Of a DNA stretch of 64,000 bases, positions 58,713-64,000 are shown one piece after another. Positions within the stretch are counted from its first letter, which is position 1. Every line of letters begins with the position of its first letter. The position numbers and the translations under genes are program-made. The notes beneath the pieces were generated by a model. It made no database searches, had not been told where the DNA came from, and was given only the letters and a program-made list of their open reading frames with translations. Origin of the DNA: Alphaproteobacteria bacterium (GTDB taxonomy: Bacteria > Pseudomonadota > Alphaproteobacteria > GCA-2731375); assembly GCA_965232515.1 (NCBI GenBank), contig CBDDPY010000002.1, forward strand, positions 5,856,001 to 5,920,000. The letters run 5' to 3'.

Positions 58713-59306
58713 CTATGCGCTGAGATGGCGAAGAAACAATTGCGCAGCCGGTGCGTCAGGCCAGGCGAGTAGTTCACCCTTGCAGGTGGGCTCTGTCCCG
58801 TAAACGAGCCATGGGTCGACGACTTCGCCAATCGTTTCCTCTACGCGGAACCTGTCCGGGTGCGCTTCCGCGTACCACAAGAGGGTGAGCCCGGAATCGT
58901 ATTTGCCGTTAAGCAGACCCTGCGCCACGGCAATCGTCGACGGTTCGGATACAAGCGCCTGCCAACGCGACGTATCCACGTACTCGCGCGTAGCCAGCTG
59001 CAGCCCTAGGCTCCTCGGCGCATCGACCTCCGAGCGTGTCAGAACCGCCATGGGCTGGCTGGGCGATATGAAGGTATCGATGATATGCGCCCGGCCACGA
59101 TAGCGCGCCACCGAACCGGTGACCGACGGATGAACGGCGACCTGGATCACGTGATGCGCATCCCCGCGCAGCATGGCGTCGAAGGCCGCGTCGAAATCCG
59201 CGAACAGCTCGACACGCGCCTCGTCGAGACCGTGGAACTCAAGATAGCGTTTGGCGACCCAGTCGTGATTGCTTCCCGCGGGTCCAAGGGTTCCGAAGAT
59301 CAACAT
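58713..59306 (-). CDS. stand-alone prephenate dehydratase/BacA-like fold protein
   Basis: N-terminal TLGPAGSNH and PST..VA motif resembling the PDT fold; no ACT domain. Confidence 0.5.
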   Translation of the reverse strand: MLIFGTLGPAGSNHDWVAKRYLEFHGLDEARVELFADFDAAFDAMLRGDAHHVIQVAVHPSVTGSVARYRGRAHIIDTFISPSQPMAVLTRSEVDAPRSLGLQLATREYVDTSRWQALVSEPSTIAVAQGLLNGKYDSGLTLLWYAEAHPDRFRVEETIGEVVDPWLVYGTEPTCKGELLAWPDAPAAQLFLRHLSA

Positions 59307-59487
59307 GGATTGCGCCGCTCCTTCGTCGAGGTTCGACCCTACATCATGTCGTGCTGGCCGCTATAGGCGATACCGTGCGGACCTGCCTCTCGGCGTTTTT
59401 GCCGGGGACGTTTATTCTGGGTCGACGTTCGGGCCGGTTGGTAGGTCCTGGCCTCGACCGAACGAACGGAGCCAATGGGGAGCGATC

Positions 59488-60888
59488 ATGGCTGAGAGCT
59501 TGACAACACGGAACCTGCGCGAGGATTTGGCGTTTCGGCGCGGCGGTCTGCGCGAGGAGGAATTCGCGCAGGTCGATCCGTACGTGCGGGAGGCGTTGAG
59601 CGAGAACAAGCGGAACGGGCTGCTGCTGGCGGTGCGGGCGCGCTGGATCGCGCTTGCGATCACGGCGGTGATGATTCCCTTCATCAATCAGACCTGGGGC
59701 GTGCTCTACTATGAGGCGGCACTGCTCGGCTTTGCACTGATCGGCTGGGCGCAGTTGCGCGCCGGCCAGGTGACGCAGTCGCGGCGCGAGCTGTTGCTGA
59801 TCTTCTGCGACCTGGCGCTGATGACCTTCGTCATGGTCGTGCCCAATCCGTTCCGCGGCGACGACTGGCCCACGGCGTTCCAGTATCAATTGGCCGAATT
59901 CAGCTATTTCTACGTGCTGCTGGCGGCGGGTGCGCTCGCCTTCAGCTGGCGGACGTTATTCGCCTTCGGCACCTGGACCGCGGGCCTATGGCTGTCAGCC
60001 CTGGGGCTGGTCGCCGTGTTCGGCCGCGAGTTCCCCGAACTGTCGGAAAAGGCGGCGGTGGCGTTCGAAGGCTATGAGACGATCTTGGCGGTTCTCGACC
60101 CCAACGATCCGGGCACCCCCGCGCGCATCCAGGAAATCGTCATCTTCCTGATCGTCGCCGGTATCCTGGCGGTGATCGGGCGGCGCAACAATCAGCTGAT
60201 CTTCCGGCAGGCTGATGTCGCGCGGGAGCGGGCGAACCTCGCCCGGCACTTCCCGCCCAACATCGTCGACCGCATGGCCGAGCAGGACCAGCCGCTGGGC
60301 GCGGTGCGGTCGCAGAACGTCGCGGCGCTGTTCGTCGACATCGTCGGCTTCACGCGCATGGCCGAGCGGCAGTCGCCGGAGGCGGTGGTCGATATGCTGC
60401 GGGAATTCCATGCCCGCCTGGAAGCCCAGGTCTTCGAGCACGAAGGCACGCTCGACAAGTTCCTGGGCGATGGGCTGATGGCGACGTTCGGCACGCCGGA
60501 GCCCGGGCCGCGGGACGCCCGCAACGCGCTGCGCTGCGCCCGGGCCATGCTGGCCGACATCAACGACTGGAACGCCGAGCGTGAGGCCGCCGGCAACGCG
60601 CCGATCCGGGTCTCGATCGGCGTGCATTTCGGTCCGGTGGTGCTGGGCGATATCGGCTCGCACCGGCGGCTGGAATACGCGGTGCTGGGCGATACCGTGA
60701 ATGTCGCCAGCCGGCTGGAATATCTCACCCGCGAACTCGGCGTCCGCATGGCAGTGAGCGACGACCTGGTCACGGCCGTTCGCAATGGCGGCGAGGCGGA
60801 GACCGAGGCCGCGCTGTCGGATCTGCACCAGTCGGGACCGCAACAATTGCGCGGCCGCGACGAGCCCATCACCGTATGGACGCTGTAA
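59488..60888 (+). CDS. membrane adenylate/guanylate cyclase (class III)
   Basis: About 6 TM then LFVDIVGFT, DKFLGDG, GDTVNVASRLE. Confidence 0.93.
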   Translation: MAESLTTRNLREDLAFRRGGLREEEFAQVDPYVREALSENKRNGLLLAVRARWIALAITAVMIPFINQTWGVLYYEAALLGFALIGWAQLRAGQVTQSRRELLLIFCDLALMTFVMVVPNPFRGDDWPTAFQYQLAEFSYFYVLLAAGALAFSWRTLFAFGTWTAGLWLSALGLVAVFGREFPELSEKAAVAFEGYETILAVLDPNDPGTPARIQEIVIFLIVAGILAVIGRRNNQLIFRQADVARERANLARHFPPNIVDRMAEQDQPLGAVRSQNVAALFVDIVGFTRMAERQSPEAVVDMLREFHARLEAQVFEHEGTLDKFLGDGLMATFGTPEPGPRDARNALRCARAMLADINDWNAEREAAGNAPIRVSIGVHFGPVVLGDIGSHRRLEYAVLGDTVNVASRLEYLTRELGVRMAVSDDLVTAVRNGGEAETEAALSDLHQSGPQQLRGRDEPITVWTL

Positions 60889-60928
60889 GGCGACTGCCAG
60901 CGCCTTGAGCGCATGTTTGGGGCGGCGC

Positions 60929-61423
60929 GTGACAGAGAACATTACGTTTCGGTCATTTGAACCGGGCGATTTGCCCAGGCTGCAGGCGATCCGGGAAGCC
61001 GCTTTCAAGCCGGTGTTCCGGTCGTTCCGGGCCATCGTCGGCGAGGCGATCGCAAAGGTCGCGTTCGCCAGCGCGGAGCGGGAGCAGGCCGATCGGCTCG
61101 ACCGGGTCTGCGCCGCGGGCGCGTCGCACGACGTGTTCGTCGCCGTGCGCGGCGGGGAGATCGTGGCGTTCTGCGCGGTGTCTCTGGACCGGGACACCAT
61201 GGTCGGCGAGATCGATCTGAACGCGGTCCATCCCGATCACCAGGGCGATGGCATCGGCACCGCGATGTACGCCCTGGCGCTGGACCGCATGCGCGAGGCC
61301 GGCATGCGCGTCGCGACCGTGGGCACGGGCGGCGATGCAAGCCACGCGCCCGCGCGCCGCGCCTACGAGAAGGCCGGCTTCGGCCCGGCCATCCCCAGCC
61401 TCTATTTGTATCGGATGCTCTGA
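60929..61423 (+). CDS. GNAT family N-acetyltransferase
   Basis: AVHPDHQGDGIG, ARRAYEKAGF. Confidence 0.88.
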   Translation: MTENITFRSFEPGDLPRLQAIREAAFKPVFRSFRAIVGEAIAKVAFASAEREQADRLDRVCAAGASHDVFVAVRGGEIVAFCAVSLDRDTMVGEIDLNAVHPDHQGDGIGTAMYALALDRMREAGMRVATVGTGGDASHAPARRAYEKAGFGPAIPSLYLYRML

Positions 61424-61517
61424 GTCTATGGACGTGCCGGCGGGGGCCTGACGCGATGGTTGACGGGGCCGGCGAACGCGCTTAGCGTGCGGGCCGAAAA
61501 CGCGGGAACACCTCAAA

Positions 61518-61565
61518 ATGAACACGACCATCATCGTAGTAGGAGATTGGCGCTTGGACCGGTAA
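61518..61565 (+). CDS. putative leader peptide MNTTIIVVGDWRLDR
   Basis: 15-codon uORF directly followed by hairpins and an intrinsic terminator, upstream of the MFS pump. Confidence 0.6.
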   Translation: MNTTIIVVGDWRLDR

Positions 61566-61589
61566 CGGGCTCCAGACCGACTCCTTTGC

Positions 61590-61617
61590 GCCTCCGATCC
61601 ATTCGGGGGCTTTTTTT
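61590..61617 (+). terminator. intrinsic terminator of the attenuator leader
   Basis: GCCTCCGA-TCCAT-TCGGGGGC stem followed by TTTTTTT, about 45 nt upstream of the MFS start. Confidence 0.8.
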
Positions 61618-61662
61618 GTGCTTTTTTCAGAGGCCGCCGGGCATGCCGGCGGATGAATTCGG

Positions 61663-62865
61663 ATGCCGCCTTACGCCACGACGCCGCCGACACTGTTCAC
61701 GCTCATTCTGCTGAGCGGTCTGTCGGTGGTATCGCTGAACATGTTTCTGCCGTCGCTCACGAACATCGCGGCGACGTTCGAGGCCGACTATGCGCTGGTG
61801 AACCTGTCGATCGCCGGCTATGCCATGGCGATGGCGGTGCTGCAGCTCGTCCTGGGGCCGCTGTCGGACCGGTTCGGCCGGCGGCCGGTGATCCTGGCGG
61901 GGCTGGCGCTGTTCAGCCTGGCATCGCTCGGCTGTCTGCTGGCGACCGACGTCTGGACCTTTCTCGCGTTCCGCATGCTGCAGGCCGCGATCGCCTCGGG
62001 CTTTGCCGTGTCGCGCGCGGTGATCCGGGATCAGGTGGGCGCGCAGGAGGCGGCGAGCCTGATGGGCTATCTGGCGATGGCCTGGGCGCTGGCGCCGATG
62101 CTGGGGCCGATGTTCGGCGGCGCGCTCGATCAGTTCTTCGGCTGGCGCGCCAGCTTCTGGGCGTTTCTCGGTTTCGGCGTCGCCGTTTTCGCGCTGTGCT
62201 GGGTCGATCTCGGCGAGACCAACAAGCAGCCGTCGGCGACCTTCCGGCAGCAGTTTCGAACCTATCCGGCGCTGCTTCGCTCGGCCCGGTTCTGGGGCTA
62301 CGCGCTGTGCATGGGCTTTTCGGTCGGCGCGTTCTACGTCTTCATCAGCGGCGTCCCGCTGGTGGCGGTGACGCTGTTTGACATGGGCACGGCGACGCTC
62401 GGGATCGGCATGGGCTCGATCACGGCCGGATTCGTCTTCGGCAGCTTCCTCGCCGGCCGCTTCGCCGCGGGGCGAGCGTTGACCACCATGATGATAACAG
62501 GGCGCGTCGTCGCCTGCGGCGGGCTGACGCTGGGGTTGATCGTGCTGCTGAGCGGCGTCGTGCACGTGGTGACGCTGTTCGGCGCCTGCATGTGCGTTGG
62601 CATCGGCAACGGCCTGACCATGCCAAGCAGCAACGCCGGCGCCATGTCCGTGCGTCCCGACCTGGCGGGCAGCGCCTCGGGCCTGTCGGGCGCGCTGACG
62701 GTGGCGGGCGGCGCCGCGATGTCGGCGCTTACCGGCGCGGTCCTGACCGAAGCGAACGCGGCGTACGCGCTCTTGGGGCTGATGCTATTGGCCTCATTCC
62801 TCGGCCTCGTCGCCGCGCTCGCCGTCCTGTGGCTCGACCGGCGCGCCTTGGCGGCGCCGGCCTGA
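61663..62865 (+). CDS. Bcr/CflA family multidrug efflux MFS transporter
   Basis: NMFLPSL, GPLSDRFGRRPV, RAVIRD, FGWRASF, LGET, LAGSASG. Confidence 0.93.
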   Translation: MPPYATTPPTLFTLILLSGLSVVSLNMFLPSLTNIAATFEADYALVNLSIAGYAMAMAVLQLVLGPLSDRFGRRPVILAGLALFSLASLGCLLATDVWTFLAFRMLQAAIASGFAVSRAVIRDQVGAQEAASLMGYLAMAWALAPMLGPMFGGALDQFFGWRASFWAFLGFGVAVFALCWVDLGETNKQPSATFRQQFRTYPALLRSARFWGYALCMGFSVGAFYVFISGVPLVAVTLFDMGTATLGIGMGSITAGFVFGSFLAGRFAAGRALTTMMITGRVVACGGLTLGLIVLLSGVVHVVTLFGACMCVGIGNGLTMPSSNAGAMSVRPDLAGSASGLSGALTVAGGAAMSALTGAVLTEANAAYALLGLMLLASFLGLVAALAVLWLDRRALAAPA

Positions 62866-62905
62866 CGGTTGCACCGCATTGCGTTGGTCGCGGCGCGGTG
62901 GCCGA

Positions 62906-63006
62906 CCCTTCGAGACGGCCGCTGCGCGGCCTCCTCAGGGTGAGGGCTGAATTTGATATCAAATTCCGACCTCATGTTGAGGAGGACCCGCAGGGTCCGT
63001 CTCGAA
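62906..63006. repeat. alphaproteobacterial REP pair (CTTCGAGACG...CTCCTCAGGGTGAG type)
   Basis: Two inverted copies flanking the perfect palindrome GAATTTGATATCAAATTC, between convergent genes. Confidence 0.8.
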
Positions 63007-63046
63007 ACATGCGATATCGGTTCCGGGCATCGCCGGACGGCGTTCA

Positions 63047-64000
63047 TCAGGCCGACAGTTTGACTTCGCGGCCGGTGGCGGCGGATTGGGTGACGGCCAG
63101 CGTCGCCTCGAGGGTGCGGGCGGCGTCGCGGGCGGTGATCAACGGCTCGGCGCGGCCGCGGATGACGGCGGCGAAGTGGGCGATCTGGGCGTCGATGGGA
63201 TCGGCGGCTTGGACCGCAATGGTTTCCTGGCTGAGCGATGTCTGCCAGTGCGGCGGGCCGTCGGGTCGCCAGAGGCGGAGCGAGGGAACTGCGAGCGACG
63301 CTTTGGTGCCGGCGATGAGGTAGCAGTCCTGACCGGTATGGGGAAAGTCGTAGGACGTGCGTTCGCCCGCGGTCAGCTCCCAGGCCCAGGGCGACGATGC
63401 GCCATCGGAGAGCATGACCGTGGCGAGCGGGCCGTCGCGGAAACGCAGCAGCAGGGCGGCGGTGTCCTCGACGGCGAAGCCGCGCCGCGTGTTCGACGTC
63501 ATGCTCTGCACCGCGGCGATCTCGCCGACAATGAAGCGCAGGCTGTCGATGTCGTGGATCAGGTTGATCAGCACCGGGCCGCCGCCGGATTCGCGCCGCC
63601 AGGCGACCTCAAAATAGTCGTCGGGCTTGCGGGCGAGCCAGACCGCGGAGACCGCGACCAACTGGCCGAGCGCGCCCGACCGCACGACGTCGCGGGCTTT
63701 TTGCACGACCGGATTGTGCCGGCGGTGGTGGCCGACCAGAACGGGGACACCGGCCGCTTCCGATGCCTCGGCGAGCGACAGCGCCGCCGCCAGTGTGTCG
63801 GCAATCGGCTTTTCGACCAGTGTTGGGATGCCGCGTTCAACGCAAGCGAGCGCCAGCGGCACGTGCAGGGCGTTCGGCGTCGCGACGATCACGCCGTCGG
63901 GCGCGTTCGCATCGAGCATGGCCGCGAGATCCGCATAATGCGCCAGGTCGTGCGCGGCTGCGGCCTCGGCACCTTCGGGCGCGGGATCGACAACGGCGAC
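63047..64000 (-). CDS. Gfo/Idh/MocA family oxidoreductase (5'-truncated by window)
   Basis: IVATPNALH, LVEKP, GHHRRHNP, INLIHDID. Confidence 0.92.
   Translation of the reverse strand, partial: VAVVDPAPEGAEAAAAHDLAHYADLAAMLDANAPDGVIVATPNALHVPLALACVERGIPTLVEKPIADTLAAALSLAEASEAAGVPVLVGHHRRHNPVVQKARDVVRSGALGQLVAVSAVWLARKPDDYFEVAWRRESGGGPVLINLIHDIDSLRFIVGEIAAVQSMTSNTRRGFAVEDTAALLLRFRDGPLATVMLSDGASSPWAWELTAGERTSYDFPHTGQDCYLIAGTKASLAVPSLRLWRPDGPPHWQTSLSQETIAVQAADPIDAQIAHFAAVIRGRAEPLITARDAARTLEATLAVTQSAATGREVKLSA

Overview
High-GC alphaproteobacterial chromosome segment (alpha-type LexA box, alpha-type REP palindromes, Caulobacter-like sphingolipid locus). Main blocks: (1) 0.6-10.4 kb, a six-gene minus-strand operon of unknown function with three RoxA/MauG-like diheme c-type cytochromes, a monoheme protein, a lipoprotein and an alpha/beta hydrolase. 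(2) 13.5-30 kb, a selenocysteine island: selA, selB, tRNA-Sec (selC) and an oxidoreductase-SelD fusion, plus three selenoproteins that the ORF track splits at in-frame UGA codons (two PrdB/GrdB-like UxxC proteins and one UGSC-family protein). Each UGA is followed by a SECIS-like hairpin, and no canonical Grd/Prd partner subunits are in the window. (3) 30.9-43.7 kb, a sphingolipid (ceramide) synthesis and export cluster. (4) 43.7-51 kb, purine-catabolism-like genes, an AraC/VOC pair among 9-nt-periodic palindromes, and an AT-rich single-gene islet bounded by imperfect inverted repeats. (5) LexA-boxed dinB and norCBQD with an FNR/NNR-type box. (6) A leader-peptide attenuator upstream of a Bcr/CflA efflux pump. 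No CRISPR array, rRNA, integrase or transposase was seen. All family assignments come from motif recognition by eye; no database search was run.
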